Part shown: piece by piece, positions 9,927 through 19,697 of the stretch
Position numbering within the stretch: position 1 is the first letter of the stretch
How the letters are laid out: the number at the start of each line of letters is the position of its first letter
From: an uncultured Eubacteriales bacterium
GTDB lineage: Bacteria; Bacillota; Clostridia; Oscillospirales; CAG-272
Length of the DNA stretch: 64,000 bases
Assembly: GCA_934526185.1 (NCBI GenBank)
Contig: CAKTAA010000003.1
Span: 2,950-66,949, forward strand
Reading direction: 5' to 3'
Made by a program: the position numbers and the translations under genes
Notes under the pieces: generated by a model
Databases searched by the model: none
Told to the model about the DNA's origin: nothing
What the model saw: the letters and a program-made list of their open reading frames with translations, nothing else

Positions 9927-9975
9927 AGACCTTTTCATGCCTGAGTTATACAGGATTTTTACGTTCAAATAAACT

Positions 9976-12612
9976 TCAGACCGTTCCGAGCTGTGCTATT
10001 GCCTGCTCAATGCCCGCAAGTTTTTCTCCGTATTTCGCAAGCTTTTCCCGCTCTGCATTGACTACCGCCTCCGGCGCGCGGGATACAAAATTCTCATTTT
10101 CCAGCTTGCCCTTCACGCGGCTGATTTCCGAGATCGCATTTTCCCGCTCCTTCGTCAGGCGCTGCCGTTCCTTATCCAGATCGATCATCTCCGCCAGCGG
10201 GATAAAGATTCTCGCCTTTTCCGTCACAATCTGCACGGTTTTGGACAGTTCACCGTCGTAAACGCGGCAAACCTCCACCTCCGAGGCCGACGCCAGTTTG
10301 ATGAAGAAAACGGCTGTCGCCTCCGAAAAGGTTTCCGTATCCTCTGTCTGAATGTATACCTTTGCCTTTCTGGACGGCGGCACGTTCATCTCCGCGCGCC
10401 GGTTGCGAATCGCCTGAATTGCTGCAATCAGGCGTTCCATACTCGCCTCTTCGACGGCAAATGACAGCTCCGGATTCTCAGACGGATACTCGCTTATCAT
10501 GATGCTCTCTCCCACGTGCGGCAGCTTCTGCCAAATCTCTTCCGTGATAAACGGCATGAACGGGTGCAGCAGTTTCATAGTGCCGCCGAGAACATAGCAA
10601 AGCACCTGCTGCGCCGCAAGATTTGACGCACTTCCCCGCTCATTCAGTCTCGGCTTGACCAGCTCAATGTACCAGTCGCAGAACACATCCCACAAAAAAT
10701 CATACAGCTTGGTCAGCGCCATACCGATTTCATAGCGATCCAGATTGAGCTGCACTTCTCCTGCCAGCCGGTTGAAGCGCGAAAGAATCCAGCGATCCTC
10801 AAGCCGCAGCTCGCCCGCCTGCGGAAGCGCCGCCTCGGTAATATCCAGATTCATCAGCACAAACCGCGCCGCGTTCCATATCTTGTTGCAGAAGTTCCGC
10901 GCCGCTTCGATTTTTTCATCGGAAAATCTCATGTCGTTGCCCGGAGAGTTGCCCGTGGCCAGCGCAAAGCGAAGCGCGTCCGCGCCGTATTTTTCCACCA
11001 AATCCAGCGGATCGATACCGTTGCCGAGAGATTTTGACATTTTGCGCCCCTGTGCGTCCCGCACCAGGCCATGGATCAGCACGTCCGAAAACGGCTTTTT
11101 GCCGGTATATGCAAGACCGGAAAAAATCATGCGGGATACCCAGAAGGTAATGATATCGTACCCGGTGACCAGCGTATCAGTCGGGTAGAAATAGTCAAGC
11201 TCAGGTGTTTTCTCCGGCCATCCGAGTGCAGAAAACGGCCAGAGCGCCGAGGAAAACCACGTGTCCAGCGTGTCGGGATCCTGACGCATCGCACCTCCGC
11301 AGGATGGACAAACGGGCGAATCCTCTTTGGTCACCACGGTTTCTCCGCACGCGTCGCAGTAGAACGCAGGAATCCGGTGTCCCCACCAGAGCTGGCGGGA
11401 AATGCACCAGTCACGGATATTTTCCATCCAGTGGAAATAGTTCTTTTCAAAACGCTCGGGAATGAACCGGATATCGCCGTTTTTCACAGCCTCAATCGCC
11501 GGCTTTGCCAGAGTCTCCATGCGGACAAACCACTGCATGGAAACGCGCGGTTCCACAGTCGTCGAACAGCGGTAGCAGGTACCGACATTGTGCGCGTGTT
11601 CCTCAGTGCGGATCAGGTATCCCTCCGCCTCCAGATCCTGTACAATCGCTTTGCGCGCCTCGTAGCGATCCATTCCTGCGTACCTCGGATAATCCTCCGT
11701 AATCTTCGCGTCCGGCGTCAGGCAGTTCAGTACGGGCAGATTGTGGCGGCGTCCCACTTCAAAGTCATTCGGGTCATGTGCCGGTGTAATTTTCACCACA
11801 CCGGTCCCGAAATCCATCTCGACATACGGATCAGCCACCACCGGAATCTCACGTCCCACCAGAGGCAGACGCACCGTTTTGCCTACAGCCTCGCGGTATC
11901 TTTCATCCGAGGGATGCACGGCCACCGCCGTGTCACCGAGCAGCGTTTCGGGACGCGTGGTCGCCAGCTCCAAAAATCCGCTGCCGTCCGTAAACGGGTA
12001 TCTGAGATGCCAGAAATGACCGGCCTTTTCCTCATACTCCACTTCCGCGTCGGAAATCGATGTCAGACAGTGCGGACACCAGTTGATGATCCGCTCGCCC
12101 CGGTAGATCAGGCCCTTCTCATACAGACGCACGAAAACCTCGCGGACCGCACGGGAACAGCCGTCGTCCAACGTGAAGCGTGTGCGTGACCAGTCGCAGG
12201 AGGCGCCGAGCTTCTTCAATTGTTCAATGATTCTTCCGCCGTATTTATCCTTCCAGGCCCAGGCGCGTTCAAGAAACCCCTCACGGCCGACGTCGTCCTT
12301 GTTCAGACCATCTTTCCGCATGGCTTCCACAATTTTCGCCTCCGTGGCAATTGACGCGTGATCCGTTCCCGGCAGCCACAGCGCGCTGAAGCCCTGCATC
12401 CGCTTATATCGGATCAGAATATCCTGCAGAGTGTTGTCAAGGGCATGTCCCATATGAAGCTGACCTGTGATATTCGGAGGCGGAATGACAATGGTATACG
12501 ATTGCTTTTTCTCATCAATTTCAGGTGTGAAATAGCCGTGCTCGCACCACATTCCGTATATCCGGTCCTCTATTTCGCCCGGCTGATAAGTTTTGCTCAG
12601 TTCCTCTGCCAA
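9976..12612 (-). CDS. valS: Valine--tRNA ligase
   Basis: 878 aa. Class I HIGH motif [19 protein letters not shown] motif [10 protein letters not shown], and a ValRS-type C-terminal coiled-coil arm. Confidence 0.95.
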   Translation of the reverse strand: MAEELSKTYQPGEIEDRIYGMWCEHGYFTPEIDEKKQSYTIVIPPPNITGQLHMGHALDNTLQDILIRYKRMQGFSALWLPGTDHASIATEAKIVEAMRKDGLNKDDVGREGFLERAWAWKDKYGGRIIEQLKKLGASCDWSRTRFTLDDGCSRAVREVFVRLYEKGLIYRGERIINWCPHCLTSISDAEVEYEEKAGHFWHLRYPFTDGSGFLELATTRPETLLGDTAVAVHPSDERYREAVGKTVRLPLVGREIPVVADPYVEMDFGTGVVKITPAHDPNDFEVGRRHNLPVLNCLTPDAKITEDYPRYAGMDRYEARKAIVQDLEAEGYLIRTEEHAHNVGTCYRCSTTVEPRVSMQWFVRMETLAKPAIEAVKNGDIRFIPERFEKNYFHWMENIRDWCISRQLWWGHRIPAFYCDACGETVVTKEDSPVCPSCGGAMRQDPDTLDTWFSSALWPFSALGWPEKTPELDYFYPTDTLVTGYDIITFWVSRMIFSGLAYTGKKPFSDVLIHGLVRDAQGRKMSKSLGNGIDPLDLVEKYGADALRFALATGNSPGNDMRFSDEKIEAARNFCNKIWNAARFVLMNLDITEAALPQAGELRLEDRWILSRFNRLAGEVQLNLDRYEIGMALTKLYDFLWDVFCDWYIELVKPRLNERGSASNLAAQQVLCYVLGGTMKLLHPFMPFITEEIWQKLPHVGESIMISEYPSENPELSFAVEEASMERLIAAIQAIRNRRAEMNVPPSRKAKVYIQTEDTETFSEATAVFFIKLASASEVEVCRVYDGELSKTVQIVTEKARIFIPLAEMIDLDKERQRLTKERENAISEISRVKGKLENENFVSRAPEAVVNAEREKLAKYGEKLAGIEQAIAQLGTV

Positions 12613-12778
12613 CTTTCATCTCTCCTTTGCTTGTTCATTTCTGTGTGAGCATACTCACTTCTGTTGCTGTAAAGCAGGAGGCGCCGCTTCCGGCATCGGC
12701 CTACTTCCGCTCCCCTGCCGGTATCCCTGAAGGTCATTTCTTTGCATTTCTTCGTGTTGTACTTCTACGCGCCTTTCA

Positions 12779-13231
12779 TTACGCTCTGACTTTTATTGGT
12801 GTATAATAATCCATTTGCTCATAGCCCATAATTTTACGCGCAAGCGGCGGTGTAATAATATTTCCAAGCTCCGGGCGGTCCGTGTCCCGTTCAAAACCAT
12901 GGATACCCAAAAATTCATCGACCTCTTTTGCCATGGCATCCACCTCCGTTTTTTGATCAATATCCGTTGCAACGGCATACAATCCGCCTTTAAAGTCAAC
13001 AATTTCGTATTCAGCCGGTACATTCATGCCCTCTCTGTACACATATAACCAATGGAATCCCCCAGATTTCTGCCATTCCCCATCCCAAAGCAGAAAATCT
13101 CTGGGGAATATTTCCCGCGGCTATGATAAAAACCATTCGCTGAATCGTTCCAGCTTCCCTTCGCCGAACATCCCGATTCCGGATGATGCCATTTTACAAT
13201 CAGGAATTTCGTAGATTCGGATACTCTGCAT
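12779..13231 (-). pseudogene. GyrI-like / AraC-effector-binding-type small protein interrupted by a single in-frame TAG
   Basis: ORFs 13121..13372 and 12779..13042 are in the same minus frame (13372 and 13042 are both 1 mod 3). ATG at 13231 with AAGGAGG 8 nt upstream. It reads MQSIRIYEIPDCKMASSG..FSEWFLS-TAG(13121-13123)-PREIFPRDFLLWDGEWQKSGGFHWLYVYREGMNVPAEYEIVDFKGGLYAVA..YYTPIKVRA, a contiguous ~150-aa domain-like protein. Confidence 0.6.
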
Positions 13232-13414
13232 TCCATCGGCCTCCTTGCAATGGCAGCATTTTGCGCGGATCTTAAAATAAAGGAGCTTCAAATAATTTCG
13301 CAAAAGCGATCTGAAACGATTTGAAAGCTTCATAACCGTCTGAATACCGCAGCTCCTCGAATTTCTGTTCAAGGCACTTATCGGCCATCGCAGCAGCCCG
13401 ATATCCGGTTCAGG

Positions 13415-14143
13415 TCACTCGCCGTCGTCCCAGTTGTGGTAGACCTCCTGTACGTCGTCGTTGTCCTCAAGATGCTCCAAAAGCAGGTTCATATGCTTGA
13501 TGTCGTCCTCGTTCTGCAGAGTGACATACGTTGCGGGAATTCTGTCCGGCTCCGCCGACAAAATGTCATAGCCCTTCTGTTCCAGCGCTTCTCTGACCGC
13601 CCCAAGATCATCCGGCTCCGTATAAATTTCAAATACATCCTCGTCCGCAACGAAATCCGCAGCGCCGGCCTCCAGTGCCTCCTCCATCAGCTTGTCCTCG
13701 TCCAGCTCCCCGCGTTCAATGATAATAACGCCTTTGGTTTCAAACAGGTAGGAAACGCAGCCGCTCTGCCCCAGATTTCCGCCGAACTTATCAAAATAAT
13801 GCCGTACCTCGGATGCCGTCCGGTTGCGGTTGTCCGTCGTGGTCTCCACAATGACGGCGATACCGGAAGGCCCGTAGCCCTCGTATGTGATTTCCTCGTA
13901 GAGAACACCGTCGCCGCCGCCCGCAGCTTTTTTGATCACGCGTTCGATGTTGTCATTCGGCACATTGTTGCTTTTGGCCTTAGCGATAAGATCTCTCAGT
14001 CTCGGATTGCTTACCGGGTCCGCCCCGCCGCTTTTTACGGCAATCGTGATCTCTTTTCCGATTTTTGTGAAAACCTTTGCGCGCTGTGCGTCGGTTTTCT
14101 CCTTTTTGTGCATGATATTCTTCCATTTACTGTGTCCGGACAT
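13415..14143 (-). CDS. YebC/PmpR family DNA-binding transcriptional regulator
   Basis: Canonical N-terminus MSGHSKWKNIMHKKEKTDAQRAKVFTKIGKEI. Start moved to ATG 14143. Confidence 0.9.
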   Translation of the reverse strand: MSGHSKWKNIMHKKEKTDAQRAKVFTKIGKEITIAVKSGGADPVSNPRLRDLIAKAKSNNVPNDNIERVIKKAAGGGDGVLYEEITYEGYGPSGIAVIVETTTDNRNRTASEVRHYFDKFGGNLGQSGCVSYLFETKGVIIIERGELDEDKLMEEALEAGAADFVADEDVFEIYTEPDDLGAVREALEQKGYDILSAEPDRIPATYVTLQNEDDIKHMNLLLEHLEDNDDVQEVYHNWDDGE

Positions 14144-14312
14144 GCTGATATACCCTGCGGCCGGCGTCACGCCGGCCCTACCTTTCTATTCAAAATACGC
14201 AAAAGCTTCAAATAACAGTCTTTTCTCCGCTCCTCATACTGCCGAGTAAAAAGTCCGTCATGCAGCAATCAAAGCCTGCCGCCCCTATAGACGGGGCATT
14301 CTGCTTTTTGGA

Positions 14313-16040
14313 TTATATTCTTTCCGTTTTTTTCAGGCAGATGAGTCCAAGCGCGCTGCCCAGTACAAGATTGGTCGCTCTGACAAGCCCGACACGGAAA
14401 TTTTTCTCCGCTTCGTTATCCGTTTTCAGAATCGGCTGGCTGTGGTACATGCGGTTGAATGCCGTACACAGCTCTATGATATACCGCGTTATGACAGACG
14501 GCTCATATTCCTCAAGCGCCTGCTGAACTTTTTCAGGGAAACGGGAAAGTACTTTAGCCAGGGCAAAGATTTCCTCTCCTACCTCCCCCGTGCCCATACC
14601 TTCGGTAAATACAGCGGTGCCGTCCGCCTTTTCCAGAATGGAGCACGTCCGTGCGTAAGTGTACTGCGCATACGGGCCGGTACTGCCGTCAAAGCTCAGC
14701 GCATCCTCCAGCACAAAGTTGATGTCCCGCATCCTGTTGTTGGAAAGATAATAAAAAACGATGGCGCCCACGCCCACAGCCTCTGCCGTCTCGTCCGGAG
14801 ACGGCAGATTCGGGTTCTTTTCCTTCATGATATCCCTGACCTTTTCCACGGCAAGATGAAACAGATCTCTGAGCAGAATCACGTTGCCGGTGCGCGTCGC
14901 CAGCTTTTCGCCGTTGAGACTGACCGTTCCATACGGCACATGCACAAGCTGATTTGCAAAATCATACCCCATCAGCTCCACCACCTTGAACCACTGCGCA
15001 AAGTGCAGGCTCTGGCCGGCAGAGGTTACATAAATGCATTTGTCAAAATGATACGTCTGTTTCCGGTAAATAGCTGCCGCGATATCCCGCGTTGGATACA
15101 GGGTGGAACCGTCCGTTTTCAGAATCAGGCACGGCGGCATGCCATAGGCCTCTAAATCCACAATAGACGCACCGTCATCGATGCGCATCAGATTCTTCTG
15201 CCTCAGCTCCTCCACAACCGCAGGCATTTTGTCGGTGTAGAAGCTCTCGCCGTTATAGCTGTCGAACGTGATACCAAGCTGCCGATAGGTTTTCTCGTAT
15301 TCCCGCAGGCTGATGTCGATGAACCATTTTCGCAGCTCATTCGCCTCTTCGTCACCGGCCTCCATGTCACGGAACGCCGCGCGTGCACGGTCGTCAAGTG
15401 TCGGATCTTTTTCCGCCTCACTGTGAAATTTTACATAGAGCCGCGCAAGCTCTTTAATATCGCCCGCCTCGACCGCCTCACGGCTGCCCCACAGTCTGTA
15501 GGCCACGATCAGCTTTCCGAACTGCGTTCCCCAGTCGCCGAGATGATTGATTCCGATGCAGCGATACCCGCAGAATTCGTGCAGCAAACGCAGAGAATGG
15601 CCAATGGCCGTTGAGCCAAGATGCCCGATATGGAAAGGCTTTGCAAGGTTCGGAGAGGAATAATCCAGAACGACCGTTTTACCCTCGCCCTCACGGCTTC
15701 GGCCGAACGCTTCTCCCGCTGAAAGAACCTCGCACAGGATGTCGCTGCAGTACGCCGCCTTGTCATAATAGAAATTCAGGTAACCGCCCGCAGCTTCCAC
15801 GTGTACAATTCCGGGAACCGTCAGCGTTCCGTCCCCCGCAAGCGCCGCGGCAATCTGTGCCGGTCCCTTTCTCAACTGCTTGGACAGCTTGAAGCAGGGC
15901 AGCGCCAAATCCCCCATATTGGCATCCGGAGGATATTCTAAAAGCGCTGCGATTTCCGCAGCCGGCAAATCAGCGTCTGGAAAAACCACAGGCAGCTTTT
16001 TGCAGACGGCCTCCGCCACACGCATTTTCCATTTATACAT
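14313..16040 (-). CDS. argS: Arginine--tRNA ligase
   Basis: 575 aa. ArgRS N-terminal add-on domain, HIGH-region SSPNLAKPFHIGHLGSTAIG, and a C-terminal anticodon-binding (DALR-like) region. Confidence 0.95.
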   Translation of the reverse strand: MYKWKMRVAEAVCKKLPVVFPDADLPAAEIAALLEYPPDANMGDLALPCFKLSKQLRKGPAQIAAALAGDGTLTVPGIVHVEAAGGYLNFYYDKAAYCSDILCEVLSAGEAFGRSREGEGKTVVLDYSSPNLAKPFHIGHLGSTAIGHSLRLLHEFCGYRCIGINHLGDWGTQFGKLIVAYRLWGSREAVEAGDIKELARLYVKFHSEAEKDPTLDDRARAAFRDMEAGDEEANELRKWFIDISLREYEKTYRQLGITFDSYNGESFYTDKMPAVVEELRQKNLMRIDDGASIVDLEAYGMPPCLILKTDGSTLYPTRDIAAAIYRKQTYHFDKCIYVTSAGQSLHFAQWFKVVELMGYDFANQLVHVPYGTVSLNGEKLATRTGNVILLRDLFHLAVEKVRDIMKEKNPNLPSPDETAEAVGVGAIVFYYLSNNRMRDINFVLEDALSFDGSTGPYAQYTYARTCSILEKADGTAVFTEGMGTGEVGEEIFALAKVLSRFPEKVQQALEEYEPSVITRYIIELCTAFNRMYHSQPILKTDNEAEKNFRVGLVRATNLVLGSALGLICLKKTERI

Positions 16041-16383
16041 CTCTATGAACCCCTTTCACATCAGCCGAACCGTTGGATAACGTCCCGGCTGTAAGTTTAC
16101 AGATACAAGTCTACCTGTCTTTCCCCGCAGCAGGCTTGCCCGCTTTGTCAAACACAGTGTTCATCCCTGCAGCAAAAGCGTTTCCATCTTTCGCTTCCAT
16201 TTTTACAAATATTTTTGAGGCACAGTTCCGGCCATTTCGGCCCGGACGCTTTGGCACCGCCAGCTTCATACATCCGCATAAAACTGCAAGGTCCGAAAGG
16301 AGCCGAACATGAGTATTTTTCTTACAGGGACAAAACGACATTATAATATAGTATGATATCATAAAAAATCTCTGTTGGCAAGA

Positions 16384-16626
16384 TCAAATTTCATTCTCTG
16401 CAAAAGTTGAGCCGTCAGAGCGGAAGGCCGTGTTCTCTTCGCTGTCTTTCTCCGTTTCGCCGCTCTTTTTTTGTTCTTCTCCTGCCGAGAGGTTTTCCTC
16501 GGCTTCGAGACTGCGTGAAATTTCTTCGTTTGCATGCCGTATTTTCAGTCGATCTTCATATATGGTCCGTATGAGATCTTCAATCCAGCTTTGCAGTACC
16601 TCAAAGCTGTCGTCCTGTTTTTTCAC
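16384..16626 (-). CDS. Hypothetical small acidic protein
   Basis: 80-aa ORF, Glu/Asp/Ser-rich C-terminal half, no recognisable family. Sits directly upstream of argS on the same strand. Confidence 0.35.
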   Translation of the reverse strand: MKKQDDSFEVLQSWIEDLIRTIYEDRLKIRHANEEISRSLEAEENLSAGEEQKKSGETEKDSEENTAFRSDGSTFAENEI

Positions 16627-16699
16627 CCTGCGACCTCCATTCTCCTTCTTAAAATAGCTGCTTTGTATCTCTTCTGGCGCCCTGACACCCCGCTGAATA

Positions 16700-16721
16700 T
16701 ATATACTTTAATAAGTATATA
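16700..16721. promoter_or_regulatory. Perfect 9-4-9 palindrome, candidate operator
   Basis: TATATACTT-TAAT-AAGTATATA in the divergent intergenic region between the acidic ORF and the XRE gene. Confidence 0.35.
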
Positions 16722-16874
16722 CTAAATTGAGTGTCTTTTCAATAAGGTATCTAACGATTACGATAATTTTAGAAGATTGGCGGAAAGGAGGCCGACGACA
16801 GAAAGAACAAAGGAGGCATGGCATCTCTAAACAATTGAACGAAATATTACAGTAAAAGGAGAAGCTATATAAAT

Positions 16875-17087
16875 ATGGAAAGATGCGTGAGAATCGTGTT
16901 GAAGCAGAAGCTTGAAGAAATGAACATAACCAGATACGAATTGGCCAAACGAACGAATATCAAATACCAAACCATTGATAACTATTACAAAAACAGAGTC
17001 GTCAGATATGACAGCGATCTGCTTTTGAAAATATGCACCGCGCTTGAATGCGACGTTGGAGACATTATTAAAATTGTCAATAGATAG
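16875..17087 (+). CDS. XRE/Cro-C1-type helix-turn-helix transcriptional regulator
   Basis: 70 aa. LKQKLEEMNITRYELAKRTNIKYQTIDNYYKN is a typical HTH_3/HTH_26 pattern. Ends with a TAG stop. Confidence 0.75.
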   Translation: MERCVRIVLKQKLEEMNITRYELAKRTNIKYQTIDNYYKNRVVRYDSDLLLKICTALECDVGDIIKIVNR

Positions 17088-17340
17088 CGGCATGTCCCGG
17101 AGGCGGCTCCGGCAAAAGGCATGCCGTTTATTTATATTTGTGAGAAGGATCCGACCGTCTTTATTCCCTTTTGCCGCTACTCACAGTTCTCTCGTCTCCC
17201 GCTAGGCTTTGTTTTAAAACATCAGATAAAACTATACAAAGCCTATGCAGGGAAGAAAAGCCAAAAAAGCTCCGGGCATAAAAACCCAGAGCTTTTTTAC
17301 AGAATCGCTGAAAACGCAGCTTTCAAACAATTATGATAAG

Positions 17341-19020
17341 TTATACATTCATAATGACAGGAAGAATCATCGGCTTTCTCTTGGTTTTCGCATACAGGAA
17401 CTTCGTAAGGTCATCCTTTACACGCGTCTTGATATTGTTCCAGTCTGTCATATCGGAATCAAAGCATTTCTGAATCGCGTTTGCGGCAATTTCGCGCACC
17501 TGATCCATCAGCGCCTCCGCCTCTCTGACGTATACGAAGCCTCTTGATACGACATCCGGACCGGAAATCAGCAGCTTTTCCTTGATGTCCAGCGTAGCGA
17601 CAACAACAATCAACCCGTCCTGCGCCAAGTGCCGGCGGTCGCGCAGAACAATGTTGCCCACATCGCCGACGCCGTATCCGTCTACCAGAACCTTTCCGGA
17701 CGGAACAGAACCGTTGAACCGGACGCCGTCCTTGTCGATCTCCAGCACCCGGCCGATTTCGGAGATAAAGATATTGGAATCCTCCATCCCCATAAAATTG
17801 GCCAGCTTCTTGTGGCTCATCAGATGACGGATTTCTCCGTGAATCGGCATAAAATATTTCGGCTTTGTAAGGGCGTGCATCATTTTCAGCTCTTCCTGAC
17901 AGGCATGGCCGGAAACGTGTACCTCCGCCACAGCGTCGTGCAGAACCGAAACGTGCTTTTTGCACAGCTCATTGATGACGTTGCCCACCAGCTTTTCATT
18001 TCCGGGAATTGCCGTTGCGCTGATAATAACGAGATCGGACGGCCCCAGCTCTACCTTATCGTGATCCGAAAAAGCCATGCGAGTCAGCGCGCTCATCGGC
18101 TCTCCCTGACTGCCGGTTGTCACCAGCGTAAGCTGCTCCGGCTTGTATTTTTTAATTTCATTGATATCGATAAGCACGCCGGCAGGCGCCGTCATATATC
18201 CCAGCTCCATCGCGGCGCTAACGACGTTGAGCATACTCCGTCCCGTAATCGCAACCTTTCTGCCGTGGCGTGCAGAGGTATTGATAATTTGCTGCACACG
18301 GTGGACATTTGATGAAAAGGTAGCTATAACGATGCGTTTGTCTCCGTGCTTCATAAAAATATTTTCGAGAGACTGACCGACTGTCTTTTCCGAGGGGGTA
18401 TAACCCGGTCTTTCCGCATTGGTCGATTCGCACAGCAGCATCAGCACGCCTTCATTGCCCAATTGTCCGAGGCGCGGCAGGTCGATCACAGTCCCCTCTA
18501 CAGGCGTAAGGTCAACCTTAAAGTCACCGGAATGCACGATAACACCGAGCGGTGTGCGGATTGCCAGACACACCGCGTCCGCGATGGAATGGTTCACGCG
18601 GATCAGCTCCACGGTAAACACGCCTGCTTTGATTTTGTCCCCGGCCTTTGCACAGATTAGCTCCGGCTTCTCGTCGTAGCGATGCTCGGAGAGCTTGTTC
18701 CCGAGAATTCCCAGCGTCAGGCGCGTACCGTATACCGGTACATGGAGGGAACGCAGCACATAGGGGACAGCGCCGATGTGGTCCTCATGACCGTGCGTTA
18801 AAAAAATCCCCCTCACCTTTTCCCGATTTTTTTCCAGATAGGTGATGTCGGGGATCACGAAATCAATTCCAGGCATCTCCTCATCAGGAAAGCCCATGCC
18901 GCAGTCTATTACAATAATATCATTTTCATATTCCAAAACCGTGAGATTCTTCCCGATCTCACCGAGGCCGCCGAGAGAAATAATTTTCAGTTTACTTTTT
19001 TTGCTTTTTGCCATATGCAT
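17341..19020 (-). CDS. rnj: Ribonuclease J
   Basis: Metallo-beta-lactamase motif LTHGHEDHIGAVPY with beta-CASP architecture. N-terminus KLKIISLGGLGEIGKN. Start moved to ATG 19020 (AAAGGA 6 nt upstream); the 56-aa N-terminal extension in the ORF track is implausible. Confidence 0.9.
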   Translation of the reverse strand: MHMAKSKKSKLKIISLGGLGEIGKNLTVLEYENDIIVIDCGMGFPDEEMPGIDFVIPDITYLEKNREKVRGIFLTHGHEDHIGAVPYVLRSLHVPVYGTRLTLGILGNKLSEHRYDEKPELICAKAGDKIKAGVFTVELIRVNHSIADAVCLAIRTPLGVIVHSGDFKVDLTPVEGTVIDLPRLGQLGNEGVLMLLCESTNAERPGYTPSEKTVGQSLENIFMKHGDKRIVIATFSSNVHRVQQIINTSARHGRKVAITGRSMLNVVSAAMELGYMTAPAGVLIDINEIKKYKPEQLTLVTTGSQGEPMSALTRMAFSDHDKVELGPSDLVIISATAIPGNEKLVGNVINELCKKHVSVLHDAVAEVHVSGHACQEELKMMHALTKPKYFMPIHGEIRHLMSHKKLANFMGMEDSNIFISEIGRVLEIDKDGVRFNGSVPSGKVLVDGYGVGDVGNIVLRDRRHLAQDGLIVVVATLDIKEKLLISGPDVVSRGFVYVREAEALMDQVREIAANAIQKCFDSDMTDWNNIKTRVKDDLTKFLYAKTKRKPMILPVIMNV

Positions 19021-19605
19021 TTTTATCCTTTCTAAAAGCTGTAAAACAGCGTAGTATGTATTATCGGGCATCAAATGCATGCAATAAAACCGTGGTCGAA
19101 AAAGCGCAGAAAGGCCCCCGGGTATACATTCGGAAACGGACTTAAAAAAGAAAAGGATGGCCGCGCGGACCGCAAACGCAGATTGCATGCTGCAAAAATG
19201 GACAAAGCCTCAATTCTCCGCTCCGGCGCAGACGGCGCGCCGTTCGCTGTTCCGCTTCCGGCGGAAACGATCGCAGGAAAACACAGTGCTTTTGTTACCA
19301 TTCTCGCTTTATAAAGTCAAACAGAGCCGACAAATATACGAACAGACTTCGGCTCTCTCATTCTTTTCAGCGTTCCGGATCAAAAATTCCGGAACATTTA
19401 ACGCACAAAATACATTATCTTTAGTATATCACATTCCTATAGCAATTCTTCTTCCGCTTCATGAATAAATTGTAAATATTACTGATTTTCCTCACGGCTT
19501 TCAGCAGGCGTTTTCGAGCACGGTAAAGGCGGAAACGGCCGGACAGTCCCGTCCCGCAGATTTATAAATCAGTCAGCGCACTCCCTGCCCGTAGAAGTGG
19601 GAAAA

Positions 19606-19644
19606 GGGCGCGGAAGCGTCCGGCAATGCCGGTCTTCCGCGCCC
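19606..19644 (-). terminator. Rho-independent terminator of the PII-like/antiporter operon
   Basis: 11-bp GC-rich stem GGGCGCGGAAG/CTTCCGCGCCC with an inner CCGGCA/TGCCGG stem. Followed on the minus strand by TTTTCCC, 54 nt after the stop at 19698. Confidence 0.6.
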
Positions 19645-19697
19645 CTCTCTCTGAGCTGTCTGTTCTTGTGTATACAGACAGTCAGATTCAAAAATTT

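Noticed and set aside
11071-12189. 372-aa plus-strand ORF, and several others (10745-11188, 11741-12019), inside valS
   Set aside because: They lie entirely antisense to a well-supported aminoacyl-tRNA synthetase gene. They are Arg/Pro/Ser-rich and low in complexity, as is typical of shadow ORFs in GC-rich coding DNA, and they have no RBS.
12613-12778. Possible T-box leader upstream of valS
   Set aside because: It is only 166 nt long. The nearest match to the T-box core is GGGATACCGGCAG, not GGGTGGTACCGCG. I could not identify a specifier loop or a terminator/antiterminator pair. An Infernal scan is needed before any call.
13121-13123. In-frame TAG read as pyrrolysine or other programmed recoding
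   Set aside because: No pyl genes or a PYLIS-like context are visible. TAG is used as an ordinary stop elsewhere in the window (the XRE gene at 17085-17087). A nonsense mutation or sequencing error is more parsimonious.
16041-16383. Possible T-box or other riboswitch leader upstream of argS
   Set aside because: The leader is long (~340 nt), but the only T-box-like string is GGCGGTGCCAAAGCG, which deviates at conserved positions. No convincing Stem I features were seen by eye.
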